This document shows positions 9,176 to 18,873 of a DNA stretch of 64,000 nt, piece after piece. This DNA is from Candidatus Multivoraceae bacterium. Its GTDB lineage: Bacteria > Acidobacteriota > Thermoanaerobaculia > Multivoradales > Multivoraceae. Where the stretch lies: NCBI GenBank assembly GCA_965223385.1, contig CBDCWR010000006.1, positions 137,896-201,895 on the forward strand, read 5' to 3'. Within the stretch, counting starts at the first letter, position 1, and each line of letters opens with the position of its first letter. The notes below the pieces were generated by a model, which was not told the origin of the DNA, did not search any database, and saw only the letters and a list, made by a program, of their open reading frames with translations. The position numbers and the translations under genes are program-made.

Positions 9176-11245
9176 ATGAGACGGACGCTTTGGATTCAGG
9201 GCAGTACGGCGCTCGCGATGGCAGCGCTCGGGCTCGGTGCGTGCGCCCCTTCTGCGGACGTTGACGAGCCACCCCAGGAGGTGGCAGCCCAGCGCATCAC
9301 CGCTGCAGACGCCGAGCCAGGGAGCTGGCTCACCCACGGGCGGACGTACTCGGAGCAGCGGTTCTCGCCGCTCGATCAGGTCGACCTCGACTCGGTCGGT
9401 CGTCTGGGTCTCGCCTGGACGTACGACACCGGCAAGCGGCGCGGGCACGAGGCGACACCCCTCGTGGCCGACGGCGTCATGTACTTCACCTCACCGTGGA
9501 GCGTCGTGTACGCGGTCGACGCCGCCACGGGGGAGGAGAAGTGGATCTACGACCCGGACGTTCCGGGCCCCTGGGGCCGCAACGCGTGCTGTGACGTGGT
9601 CAACCGCGGAGTCGCCCTGTGGAAGGGCCACGTCTACCTCGGCACACTCGACGGCCGGCTGGTGAAGATCGACGCCGCGACGGGCGAGCCCGTGTGGGAC
9701 ATCAACACCATCGACCGTGAGCGCCCGTTCACGATCACGGGCGCACCAAGGGTCGTGAAAGGAAAGGTCATCATCGGCAACGGCGGAGCCGAGTACGGAG
9801 TGCGCGGCTACGTCAGCGCCTACGACGCGGACACCGGCGACATGTTGTGGCGCTTCTTCACCGTGCCGGGCGACCCTTCGCTGCCGTTCGAGCACGATGG
9901 CCTCGCCGAGGCGGCGGAGACCTGGAGCGGCGAGTGGTGGCACATCGGCGGCGGCGGCACGGTGTGGGACTCCATGGCCTACGACCCGGAGCTCGACCTC
10001 CTCTACGTCGGCACGGGCAACGGCACTCCCTGGGCGCGCTCGCATCGCAGCCCCGGCGGGGGCGACAACCTCTATCTGGTCTCCATCCTGGCCCTGGATC
10101 CGGACGAGGGGCGTCTGGTGTGGCACTACCAGACGACTCCCGCAGACAACTGGGACTACACGGCGACGCAGCACATCATGCTCGCGGATCTCCAGATCGA
10201 CGGGGAGCCGCGGCAGGTTCTCATGCAGGCGCCGAAGAACGGCTTCTTTTTTGTGCTCGACCGCGCGACGGGTGAGCTGATCTCGGCCGAGAAGTTCGCG
10301 CGGGTGACGTGGGCGACACACGTCGATCTCGAGACCGGGCGGCCCGTCGAGTCGGAGGAGGCCAACTACGACGAGGTGGCCCAGGTGATCTACCCCGGGC
10401 CCGGCGGCGCGCACAACTGGCAGCCGATGGCGTTCCATCCCGGGGAGGGCCTGGTCTACATTCCGGCCCACGATCGGCCGTCCTACTACGGCTTCGACGA
10501 GAACTTCGAATACACGCCGGGCGGCAACTGGAACGTCGGCCTGGGGCTGACGGACGAGGAGATCGCGAACCGTCCACCGATGGAGCGCCGCGCCTTCCTC
10601 CTGGCGTGGGATCCGGTCGCGCAGGAGGCGCGGTGGTCGCACGACCAGCCTTCGGGCTCGAACGGCGGCCTGCTCGCCACCGCCGGAGGCCTCGTCTTCC
10701 AGGGCACATCCGACGGCAAGTTTGCGGCCTACGACGCCGCCAGCGGTGAGCCGGTCTGGGACGTGCAGCTCGACATTCCGGCGCTCGCGCCGCCGGTCTC
10801 CTACGAGATCGACGGAGAGCAGTACGTGAGCATCCTTGCCGGCTTTGGCGGGGGCATCGCGCTCACCAAAGAGACGCAGGGGCGCATGTTCACCTTCAAG
10901 CTGGATGCGAACGAAGAGTTGCCCGAGGTTCCCGATCGGACGCTGGTCGTCGCCGACGTCTTCGAGCCCAGCGGGACCCCCGAGCAGATCGCACGTGGTG
11001 GCCGGCTCTACCAGCGGCACTGCCGCCGCTGTCACAACGGGCGCGGCACCATCACCGATCTGCGTTACTCCCGCGCCGCGGTGCACAACGGCTGGGACTC
11101 CATCGTGCTCGAAGGTCGCTACGGCACCATGGGCATGGACTCGTTTGCCGACGTCTTGACGCCGCGGGATGCGACGGACATCCACCGGTGGGTGATCGCC
11201 CAGATGGAAGAAGCCCGGAGCACTGCGGATGCCGATGGGCGGTGA
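9176..11245 (+). CDS. PQQ-dependent quinohaemoprotein alcohol dehydrogenase (type II ADH: PQQ propeller plus C-terminal cyt c)
   Basis: There is a lipoprotein-like signal (LGLGACAPS) and the vicinal Cys pair NACCDV. The WDYT motif indicates a Ca-type site. The C-terminal CRRCH haem c motif is present. The sequence ggagaggag sits upstream. Confidence 0.9.
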   Translation: MRRTLWIQGSTALAMAALGLGACAPSADVDEPPQEVAAQRITAADAEPGSWLTHGRTYSEQRFSPLDQVDLDSVGRLGLAWTYDTGKRRGHEATPLVADGVMYFTSPWSVVYAVDAATGEEKWIYDPDVPGPWGRNACCDVVNRGVALWKGHVYLGTLDGRLVKIDAATGEPVWDINTIDRERPFTITGAPRVVKGKVIIGNGGAEYGVRGYVSAYDADTGDMLWRFFTVPGDPSLPFEHDGLAEAAETWSGEWWHIGGGGTVWDSMAYDPELDLLYVGTGNGTPWARSHRSPGGGDNLYLVSILALDPDEGRLVWHYQTTPADNWDYTATQHIMLADLQIDGEPRQVLMQAPKNGFFFVLDRATGELISAEKFARVTWATHVDLETGRPVESEEANYDEVAQVIYPGPGGAHNWQPMAFHPGEGLVYIPAHDRPSYYGFDENFEYTPGGNWNVGLGLTDEEIANRPPMERRAFLLAWDPVAQEARWSHDQPSGSNGGLLATAGGLVFQGTSDGKFAAYDAASGEPVWDVQLDIPALAPPVSYEIDGEQYVSILAGFGGGIALTKETQGRMFTFKLDANEELPEVPDRTLVVADVFEPSGTPEQIARGGRLYQRHCRRCHNGRGTITDLRYSRAAVHNGWDSIVLEGRYGTMGMDSFADVLTPRDATDIHRWVIAQMEEARSTADADGR

Positions 11246-11347
11246 GCCGATCTCCCGCCCGACGCGCCTCGCCAAGCCGGCGACTCCGATCGTCGGAGCT
11301 GCGGAGTCCGTACAATGAACGACACGCATTCGAACGGAGGAACGCTG

Positions 11348-12307
11348 ATGAAGCGCTGGATCCCTGGACTCCTGTCCGCTCTCCTTCTCCCCATCGCCCT
11401 CCCCGCGCTCGCGCAGGACGAGCTTCCCGCGGGCGTCGAGAAAACCACCGTCGACCTTTGGAGCGACGGCACGAGACTCTCCGGCGACCTCTTCACGCCG
11501 CCCGGCTTCCAGGAGAGTGATGCACGGGGTGCGGTGCTGCTGTCGCACGGCTGGGGCGGCACGCGCGCCCACCTGAGCCAGGCGTATGCGCCGTTCATCG
11601 CCGAGGCGGGCTTCGTCGTGCTCACGATCGACTACCGCGGGTGGGGCGACAGCGACAGTCGCCTCGTGATGCGCACGAGTGCCAAGGCCCCCGAGAAGAC
11701 CGGCGCGGTGAAGGTGGAAGCGATCGCCGTGCGCGAAGAGGTCGATCCGCTCGATCAGACCGAGGACATCCGCAACGCGATCACGTGGCTCCAGGGTCAA
11801 CCCGGAGTGGATCCAACGCGCATCGGGCTCTGGGGGTCGAGCTACTCGGGTGGTCACGTCATCTGGGTCGCCGCGCACGACCCGCGCGTGAAGGTCACCG
11901 TGTCGCAGGTCGGGTCCATGGACTCGAAAGGCATCATCGACGCCCTACCTGGCGGCTGGAAGGACCTGCACACGATGCAGCAGGCGAGGGCGCGCGGCGA
12001 CGCGGCTCCGTATCCTGACGACGAGCCGCGCCCAGGCCTCCGTGGCACTCCCGACTACGTGTCCATGGCGCAGTACAGCCCGCGCGACGTGGCCCACCAG
12101 GTACGCGCCGCAGCTCTCATCATCGACGCGGCCGACGAGGAGCTCTTCGACATCAAGGAGCACGGGCAGGCGGTGTACTCGATCCTGAAGAACCGCGTGC
12201 CGACGAAGTACCACGTCGTGCCGGGCATCTCGCACTACGGCATCTATCGGGAAGCGCTCGAGGAGGCGCGCACGATGGCGATCGAGTGGTACAAGGAGCA
12301 CCTGTAG
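11348..12307 (+). CDS. secreted alpha/beta hydrolase (dienelactone hydrolase/esterase-like)
   Basis: GGAGGA sits before the ATG. There is a signal peptide. GWGGTRAH and LWGSSYSGG are nucleophile-elbow-like motifs. Confidence 0.75.
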   Translation: MKRWIPGLLSALLLPIALPALAQDELPAGVEKTTVDLWSDGTRLSGDLFTPPGFQESDARGAVLLSHGWGGTRAHLSQAYAPFIAEAGFVVLTIDYRGWGDSDSRLVMRTSAKAPEKTGAVKVEAIAVREEVDPLDQTEDIRNAITWLQGQPGVDPTRIGLWGSSYSGGHVIWVAAHDPRVKVTVSQVGSMDSKGIIDALPGGWKDLHTMQQARARGDAAPYPDDEPRPGLRGTPDYVSMAQYSPRDVAHQVRAAALIIDAADEELFDIKEHGQAVYSILKNRVPTKYHVVPGISHYGIYREALEEARTMAIEWYKEHL

Positions 12308-12338
12308 CGGACGCCTTTCCTTCGGGATCGCGACGAAG

Positions 12339-13637
12339 TCAGCCCCAGGAGGAGACGTCTCCCGACTCGAATCCGTCAGCAAACAGCGCGCCGACGTCCG
12401 GGTCGCTGGGCACGCGGAAGACCACGATCACCGGCGGGTTGGAGTACGTTCCCTGCTCGCGGTCCGCCCTCTGCATGCTGAGGTACAGCAGGCCACTGGC
12501 GGGGTCGAAGGAGCCGCCGCCGATCTGGCTCGTCGCGTGCAGTGACGGCAGCACACCGTACTCGTAGGGCCGCACGGCCGACGCCGGCGTCGTGCCGTCT
12601 TTGACGTCGAGCAGGTCGAGCACGTCCCACAGCCAGTAGTAGAGGTCGTAGTCGCTCGCATCGGGAGCGCAGTAGCCGCCGCACGTGTTGCCGTTGTTCT
12701 GGGTGCACTTGTAGCAGACGCCGCTCGCGTGGCCCCCGGTGTAGCCCAGCGTGACGTAGGTGCGGGAGCGTGGCGCCACGAAGCCGTAGACCACGCGCGA
12801 CAGGTGGGTCCACAGGTCGTTCGTGCCGGAGCTGTTGCTCAGATCCGCGTGCAGCGGCTCGGCGAGCGTGAAGTCGAGGAGCTTCGTCGTGGGGATGGGC
12901 TGCGGAACGGTCGTTCCCAGAAGGTCGGCGGCATCGAAGCTGAAGGCCGAAGGCCCGACGCTCGTGCGGGAGATGATCGGAATGCCGCTCGACTGCCCGG
13001 TGATGTGGGTGCCACCGAGCAGGCTCTGCCAGGCGACGGGAATGGGCGAGACCCACCCGGAGGTGTGGCCGGCGCCCCCCTGGAAGGTGTGAAAGCCGGT
13101 GGCGGGCGACGCGGCGAGGTCGAGCGCGTCGGTGAGCATCATCGTCGTGTGGGTGTTGTCGCCGGGTGCGTCGTAGTACTCGTAGGCGTTCACGAGGAGC
13201 TGCCGCTGGCCGCTGGCATCCCGCAGGATCTCGAGCCCACCGATGCGGTCGAGGCTCTGCGGGTTGCCGCTGGGCGCCCGGCTGAGCACCTGGACGAAGG
13301 GCTGGAGCGGAGCTGCGGCCATCGGCAGGTTGGACAGTACGGGGCTGGGATCGAGGCCCGGGATCGCAAACTCGGAGAGCGCCTGATGGTGCGCGTGCCC
13401 GACGAGCAGGATCGTGTCGCGTTCCGCGTCGACCTCGATCGGCCCTTCCGAGTAGTTGAGAGAGGAGGCGCCGAAGGTGCTGGCGGGAAGTCGGAACGCT
13501 CCCTCGTACTGGAGATCGGCGAGGTGGAGGCGCGGCAGAGAGCGGGGGTCCTGGGCGCCGACTGGAAGGGTCAGGACGCTCGCCAGGACGAGCGCCGCGA
13601 TGGTCCGGCTCTTTGTACATCTTGGACCGCGTCTCAT
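12339..13637 (-). CDS. secreted hypothetical protein
   Basis: A 432-aa ORF with a signal peptide (IAALVLASVLTLPVGAQD). It has balanced non-junk composition (CYKCTQNNGNTCGGYC). I recognise no family. Confidence 0.55.
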   Translation of the reverse strand: MRRGPRCTKSRTIAALVLASVLTLPVGAQDPRSLPRLHLADLQYEGAFRLPASTFGASSLNYSEGPIEVDAERDTILLVGHAHHQALSEFAIPGLDPSPVLSNLPMAAAPLQPFVQVLSRAPSGNPQSLDRIGGLEILRDASGQRQLLVNAYEYYDAPGDNTHTTMMLTDALDLAASPATGFHTFQGGAGHTSGWVSPIPVAWQSLLGGTHITGQSSGIPIISRTSVGPSAFSFDAADLLGTTVPQPIPTTKLLDFTLAEPLHADLSNSSGTNDLWTHLSRVVYGFVAPRSRTYVTLGYTGGHASGVCYKCTQNNGNTCGGYCAPDASDYDLYYWLWDVLDLLDVKDGTTPASAVRPYEYGVLPSLHATSQIGGGSFDPASGLLYLSMQRADREQGTYSNPPVIVVFRVPSDPDVGALFADGFESGDVSSWG

Positions 13638-13654
13638 CGGCTAAATATAGCAAG

Positions 13655-13670
13655 AATGCTATGGATACCG
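13655..13670. promoter_or_regulatory. AT-rich inverted repeat ATAGCA-N4-TGCTAT in a 5-prime leader
   Basis: A perfect 6-bp inverted repeat in an AT-rich patch immediately upstream of the start of the 12339..13637 gene. Confidence 0.25.
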
Positions 13671-13764
13671 GAGTGCTGGGGCGCGACGTGCGGGCGCTCG
13701 TGCTCGGAAGCCGACGTGGCCTCCAAGGGAGGCGTCCGGCACTTCGCCACGTCTTGGCGGTTTC

Positions 13765-14166
13765 TCAGCGGAGTGGCGCGACCCGGAGGACCTTGCCGTC
13801 GAGCTGGGCCGCAAGCCCCTGCGACTTGAGGATCGTGGCCAGGGCGTCGGTCCAGCGCACGTCGTGCAGCTCCACGGTCACGGGGCGGCCGCGGACGCTC
13901 GGGTCGAGAACCAGGTTGACGCGCGCGAGCCGGGCGAAGGCGCGGAGCACCTCGGAGAGCTCGGCGTCTTTGAGGCTCAGCGAGATGCGGGCAACCTCCT
14001 GTTGCGCCGGCTTCGGAGCGCGCAGAGTCAGCGTCTGGCCCGAGGCGGAACGATCCGTGGTCTGAGGCGCACACAAGGTCCAGAACAGGACGAGTGCTGT
14101 GGGCAGGAGCGTACATATCGATCGAATTCTATGTCCGGGGCCCACGATAGGCTCACGCGCCCCCAT
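13765..14166 (-). CDS. small STN-domain (secretin/TonB N-terminal) protein; start uncertain
   Basis: ISLSLKDAELSEVLRAFARLARVNLVLDPSVRGRPVTVELHDVRWTDALATILKSQGLAAQLDGKVLRV matches the STN domain consensus well. It has an N-terminal hydrophobic segment. It would overlap the divergent promoter of the ccr-like gene. Confidence 0.4.
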   Translation of the reverse strand: MGAREPIVGPGHRIRSICTLLPTALVLFWTLCAPQTTDRSASGQTLTLRAPKPAQQEVARISLSLKDAELSEVLRAFARLARVNLVLDPSVRGRPVTVELHDVRWTDALATILKSQGLAAQLDGKVLRVAPLR

Positions 14167-14188
14167 CACTCGTACCAAGGAGCTCGCC

Positions 14189-16933
14189 GTGACAAAGGTC
14201 TCTGACGCCATCTGGGAGCTCGGCGCCCTGCCGACGCTCGCACGCCAGGTGCCGGCTTCCATGAAGGCCCTGACCCTTCACCGGGATCGCTACGGCGCCC
14301 CGCGCGACGTCCTGGCCTGCGAGATGGTGGCCGTTCCGCGACTCGGGCCGGCGGATGCGCAGCGTGTCCTCGTGAGCATCCTGGCGAGTGGCCCCAACTT
14401 CAACACGAACTTCGCGGCCCTCGGCCTGCCGGTGCCTGTCTTTCCGCGCGGCGACTCCGAGACCCTCCACATCCCCGGGAGTGACGCGCTCGGCATCGTC
14501 GTCGATGCCGGCCCGGCGGTGGGCTCCGTCAGGGTCGGCCAGGCGGTGATCCTCGACTCCTGGACGGGGAGTACGATCCGAGGCTACGAGACCCACGACG
14601 GCTTCAATGCGCAGTTTGCGGTGGTCGACGAGGAGCGGGCGATTCCCGTTCCGCCGGAGATGCAGGACCAGAGCCCCGAGCAGCTGGCCGCGATGCTGCT
14701 CACCTACGGAACGGCGTACCGCTGCGTCGTCGAGCGGCTGCGCTTCCAGCCCGGGCAGTCGATGCTGGTCCTCGGTGGCGGCAAGGGCACGAGCTACGCG
14801 GGAGCACAGATCGCCAAGGCGCTGGGCGGTCGCGTCGTGCTCATGGGCTCGAATCCGGACCTTGGCGCCGAGCTCATCGAGCGCGGGGTCGCCGACGCGT
14901 TCGTGAACCGTCGCGAGATCCCGCGGGAGGTGTACGGCGTGCTCGAGGAGGGCGAGAGCCACGCGGAGTGGATCGCGCGCACGCAACCCTTCCGCGACGC
15001 CATCTTCGATGCCAACGAGGGTCAGCCGGTCGACAAGGTGTTCGAGCACACCGGGGGCAAGAACTTCCCGCTCCTGGCGTCGGTGCTGTCGGACGGCGGC
15101 GGTTTGGCCTTCTTCGGCGCCACCGGGCAGGGTCTCAAGGGGGAGTACAAGGAGACCTTCTTCTACGACCACCGGCGCTTCGTGCTCGACGCGCGCTGGG
15201 TGTGGATGCGCCAGAAGCAGGTACTGTTCCGCCAGGCGGAGCCTGGGGAGATCTTCCGGGAGATTGGCCTGCTTCCCGGCCGTCGGGGGCTCATCTGGGG
15301 GGCCGATGCATACGCGCTGAGCTTTGCGAAAGCGGCGCGCGAGCGCCAGGCCGACCTCGCGGTGATCGCCTCGCACAGCGAGGAGGCGGATGGGATCGAG
15401 CGGATGGTGGAGCTTGGAGTCGAGCGTGCCCACATCCTCGACCGGGACACCTTCACGCTGGTGTCGGACATGCCGGACCCTCTGCTCGAGGAAGGCACGC
15501 CCAACCCGGCCTACGACCGCGACTTCATGGGCGCCGCCAAGGCGATCGGTCGTGCGATCTGGGGTGTCTTCGGACCGCGCGTCAGCCCCGACTTCATCGT
15601 GGAGCGGCCGGATCAGAGCACGCTGCACTACAGCACGTTTCTGGCGCGCGACTTCGATGAGAACGACGCCATGCCGACCGGCTTCGTGGTGGCACGAGGT
15701 GCGAGTGACCTCGACGTGCTCGGCTCGCACATGTACCACGCCTCGCAGGCGCGCGAGGTCGTGCGCCTGCTGGCGGAGAAGCGCATCGTCATGCAGCAGG
15801 AAGATCTCGACATCGTCTCGCTGGCCGAGCTGCCCGAGGTGCAGCAGAAGATGCTCGACGGCACGATGGAGAAGCCGAAAGGAGTCGCGCTGGTCCAGGC
15901 CGACCGCGCCGGGAGGCCGATCTCCGAATACGAAGCCGCCTACCTGGGGGACGTCGTGCAGGAGTCGGATCCGCAGGCCGGCCAGTTCATCGACGTGCGG
16001 GTCCTGCACGGCACGGCGCTGGTCACGCTCGACCGCCCGGCGGCGCTGAACGCTCTGAGCGAGGAGCTTCTGGCGCAGCTCGGCGCGGTCGTACGCGACG
16101 TCTCCAGCTCAGGGGCGCTTGGAGGCAAAGAGGTCGCCTCGATGATCGTGCGCGGCGCCGGGCGCGCCTTCGTCGCCGGTGCGGACATCCAGGTGTTCAT
16201 AGGCAAGACGGCAGCGCAGCTCGAGACGCTCGCGGCCGACAACATGGCCGTCTTCTCGGCGCTCGAGGAGCTTCCCATTCCCGTGGTCTCGCTGATCGAC
16301 GGCTTTGCGCTCGGCGGCGGGAACGAGCTCGCGATGGCGACCCACTACCGGATCGTCACGGAGAACGCGGCTCTGGGCCAACCCGAGGTGAAGCTGGGGA
16401 TCATCCCCGGCTACGGCGGGATGCAGCGGCTGCCCCGGCTCGTGGGGCCGCGCAAGGCCGCCGAGCTCTCGGTCAACGGCGAATCGATCGGCCCGGACGA
16501 GGCGGTTGCACTGGGTCTGGCGCACGAGACCTGCCCTTCGAGCACGGCGCTCGCGCGGGCGTTTGTGGTGGCGCAGGCCATGGCACGAGGCGAGATGGAC
16601 GTCGAGCGCGCCGACTGGGGTGCCCTCGCCGCTGCGCAGCAGGGCGCCATGGCGGCCCTCCTCGCGGACGCGGACGTTGCGGACCTCATGTCCTCGGAGC
16701 CTCCGGCGAAGGTCCAGGCGCAGGATCTCGTCGCCGCCCGTCGTTACGCTGCGCGCATCGCGCTCGAGGCGCTCCGGGACGGCTACGGCCTGGACTTTCC
16801 GCAGGGTCTCGCGAACGATGCGCGGCTCTTTGGCGAGGTCACGGCGTCACCCTCGGGGCAGTGCTGGGCCGGTAAGTTCCTCGCCAAGGCGCCCGAGCAG
16901 TCCTCCTTCCTGACGCTCCTCGACTCGCGCTAG
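14189..16933 (+). CDS. crotonyl-CoA carboxylase/reductase-like MDR enoyl reductase fused to C-terminal enoyl-CoA hydratase (crotonase) domain
   Basis: GTG start with an aaggag RBS. The N-terminus (VSDAIWELGALP...MKALTLHRD...SGPNFNTNFAALG...HIPGSDALGIVVDAGPAV) matches Ccr. The Rossmann motif is VLGGGKGTSYAG. The C-terminal ~260 aa are classic crotonase (AFVAGADIQ; GFALGGGNELAM; GIIPGYGGMQRLPRLVG). Confidence 0.85.
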   Translation: MTKVSDAIWELGALPTLARQVPASMKALTLHRDRYGAPRDVLACEMVAVPRLGPADAQRVLVSILASGPNFNTNFAALGLPVPVFPRGDSETLHIPGSDALGIVVDAGPAVGSVRVGQAVILDSWTGSTIRGYETHDGFNAQFAVVDEERAIPVPPEMQDQSPEQLAAMLLTYGTAYRCVVERLRFQPGQSMLVLGGGKGTSYAGAQIAKALGGRVVLMGSNPDLGAELIERGVADAFVNRREIPREVYGVLEEGESHAEWIARTQPFRDAIFDANEGQPVDKVFEHTGGKNFPLLASVLSDGGGLAFFGATGQGLKGEYKETFFYDHRRFVLDARWVWMRQKQVLFRQAEPGEIFREIGLLPGRRGLIWGADAYALSFAKAARERQADLAVIASHSEEADGIERMVELGVERAHILDRDTFTLVSDMPDPLLEEGTPNPAYDRDFMGAAKAIGRAIWGVFGPRVSPDFIVERPDQSTLHYSTFLARDFDENDAMPTGFVVARGASDLDVLGSHMYHASQAREVVRLLAEKRIVMQQEDLDIVSLAELPEVQQKMLDGTMEKPKGVALVQADRAGRPISEYEAAYLGDVVQESDPQAGQFIDVRVLHGTALVTLDRPAALNALSEELLAQLGAVVRDVSSSGALGGKEVASMIVRGAGRAFVAGADIQVFIGKTAAQLETLAADNMAVFSALEELPIPVVSLIDGFALGGGNELAMATHYRIVTENAALGQPEVKLGIIPGYGGMQRLPRLVGPRKAAELSVNGESIGPDEAVALGLAHETCPSSTALARAFVVAQAMARGEMDVERADWGALAAAQQGAMAALLADADVADLMSSEPPAKVQAQDLVAARRYAARIALEALRDGYGLDFPQGLANDARLFGEVTASPSGQCWAGKFLAKAPEQSSFLTLLDSR

Positions 16934-17164
16934 AGCGCCTACCGACGGCGCCCCGGGCTCGCGGAGCGCGACGGTCCAGTCCAGAACTGGTAGATTTGTC
17001 GGTCCACCCCAGCTCCATGGGATTCAGATCGGACCGAGGCGCCAGCGCTCCTCGTCACTCCGAGTGTGTCTCGACTGCGGGTGACCAGTGGAACTTCAGG
17101 GGGACGGGATGACCGTGCATTGGCCCCAGACGCACAGAGACTCGTGGCGCTAGGTTGGAATCGC

Positions 17165-18172
17165 ATGCCGTTCGCGGCACCGGCTCGGTTCGGTGTTGGC
17201 GTCCTCTCCGAGCGGGGGCGCGTGAGGGATCTCTCGCCCTCCGGCATGTTCATCGAGACCGATGCGGAGATTCGAGCGGGCACCGAGATCGACTTCCTGC
17301 TCGAGTGTGGCGACCGCCCGGTCCGGGGTCGAGCGCGCGTCGCGCACTGCCTGTCCGCTGCCGAGCGCCTTCCGAGCGGTCTTGGCCTCAGCTTCGAGGG
17401 CCTGCCCCCGTCGACGGTCGCGGCCATCGAGCGGCTCGCTCTCGGCAACCGGAGAGCTCCCCTCGCTTCGGCGAAGGCCGTCGAGCCTCCCGAGGCTCCG
17501 GAGCCGCCCGTCAGCGCGGTGACCGTGATCGCGCCGGCCGAGGAGCTGTTCGTGCCGCTGGGCCCCCGCGTCGAGGAGACCGGAACGAGCTTCCTGGCGC
17601 AGTACGGACGTGGCCTGGCCCTCGGTGCGATGGTGCTCGCTGCGCTTGCTGGCTTCTTCGCGACCGGGGTGCTGACGAGCCCGAACGACGTCCCGCCGGC
17701 GGGGACGGGAGCGGCGGAGCCTCCCGAACTGTCGGGGAACCTCCTCGCGCAGGCGGAGCGTGAGGTCGAGGCCCGCGCGCGGAGATGGTTCGATGCGCGC
17801 GTAGAGCGCGACTTCGTCTCCTATGTGGAGAGTTTCGTCGACGAGTACTCGCCGTTTGCCGCGACGACGCATCGGCGCTGGCTGCGCGCGACGGAGATCA
17901 CCTTCTCCCAGCCCGCCGGTCCGCTGGAGCTCGTGCGACTCGAGGTGGTCGTCGAGAACGCCGTGACCGCGCGCACTGCGCTCTACGTTCTCGACCAGCG
18001 GCTCGACGAGCTCGTCCGCCAGACCGCGACGTGGACTCGAGAGGAAGACGAATGGCGCATCGACGGAGTCCAGGAGATTCCGGTTCCGCTCTTCCAGCTG
18101 GAAGCCCTCGACAGCCATCGCAACGATGCGCGCGGTCTCCTCGCCGCAGCAGACAAAGGAGAGGCGCCGTGA
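17165..18172 (+). CDS. PilZ-domain protein with central TM segment
   Basis: RVRDLSPSGMFIETDAEIRAGTEIDFLL is PilZ-like. A TM helix (ALGAMVLAALAGFFATGVL) follows. The start is uncertain. Confidence 0.55.
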   Translation: MPFAAPARFGVGVLSERGRVRDLSPSGMFIETDAEIRAGTEIDFLLECGDRPVRGRARVAHCLSAAERLPSGLGLSFEGLPPSTVAAIERLALGNRRAPLASAKAVEPPEAPEPPVSAVTVIAPAEELFVPLGPRVEETGTSFLAQYGRGLALGAMVLAALAGFFATGVLTSPNDVPPAGTGAAEPPELSGNLLAQAEREVEARARRWFDARVERDFVSYVESFVDEYSPFAATTHRRWLRATEITFSQPAGPLELVRLEVVVENAVTARTALYVLDQRLDELVRQTATWTREEDEWRIDGVQEIPVPLFQLEALDSHRNDARGLLAAADKGEAP

Positions 18173-18873
18173 GCGAGTGGACAGAAGCTCTGATCACCGA
18201 ACTGGAATCCCTGGACACGCCGACGGTGTGCAACGCGCTCGAGATCGTAGCGCCCAAACGTCGAGGCTACGGCTATACGACCAGCCCGCTCGTATGTGTG
18301 CGGCCCGAGCTCGGCTCCATGGTCGGGGTCGCCCGCACCGCCACCATTCGCGCGGCCCACCCTCCCGATCTCCGCGGCGAGGAGGCGCGCAAGCTCTCGG
18401 ACGACTACTACGCCTACATCGATCAGGGTGGGCCGAAGCCGAGCATCGTGGTGATTCAGGATCTCGACGGTGACCGTGGCTACGGCAGCTACTGGGGTGA
18501 GGTCAACAGCTCCATTCACAAGGGTCTCGGCTGCAAGGGGGTCATCACCGACGGCTGCGTGCGGGACATCCCGGACATTGCCGAGGGCTTCCAGATGCTG
18601 GCTGGCAGCATCCTGCCGTCCCACGCGTACGTGCACGTGGTCGACTTCTCCCGCCCAGTCGACGTGGCCGGCATGCGTGTTCGGCACGGCGACATCATCC
18701 ACGCCGACCAGCACGGGGCGGTGGTGGTTCCCGCGGACGTCGCGGCGAAGGTCAAGGAGGCCGCCGCGCAGATCGTGCGCCGGGAGCGGGTCATCATCGA
18801 CGCGGCGAACGAGCCGGGCTTCGACATCGACCGGCTCCGCAAGGCCCAGGGAGACGCTGCCGAGATTCACTGA
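18169..18873 (+). CDS. RraA-family protein (RraA / 4-hydroxy-4-methyl-2-oxoglutarate aldolase / DlpA-like)
   Basis: GTG start overlaps the PilZ stop (GTGA). An aaaggagagg RBS is present. GSYWGEVNSSIHKGLGCKGVITDGCVRD are RraA-family motifs. Confidence 0.8.
   Translation: MSEWTEALITELESLDTPTVCNALEIVAPKRRGYGYTTSPLVCVRPELGSMVGVARTATIRAAHPPDLRGEEARKLSDDYYAYIDQGGPKPSIVVIQDLDGDRGYGSYWGEVNSSIHKGLGCKGVITDGCVRDIPDIAEGFQMLAGSILPSHAYVHVVDFSRPVDVAGMRVRHGDIIHADQHGAVVVPADVAAKVKEAAAQIVRRERVIIDAANEPGFDIDRLRKAQGDAAEIH

Noticed and set aside
14100-14165. AT-rich palindromic patch (ACATATCGATCGAATTCTATGT) between the STN ORF and the ccr-like gene, considered as an operator
   Set aside because: It lies inside the only plausible coding extension of the STN ORF. 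It consists largely of generic restriction-site palindromes (TCGATCGA, GAATTC). The evidence is too weak.
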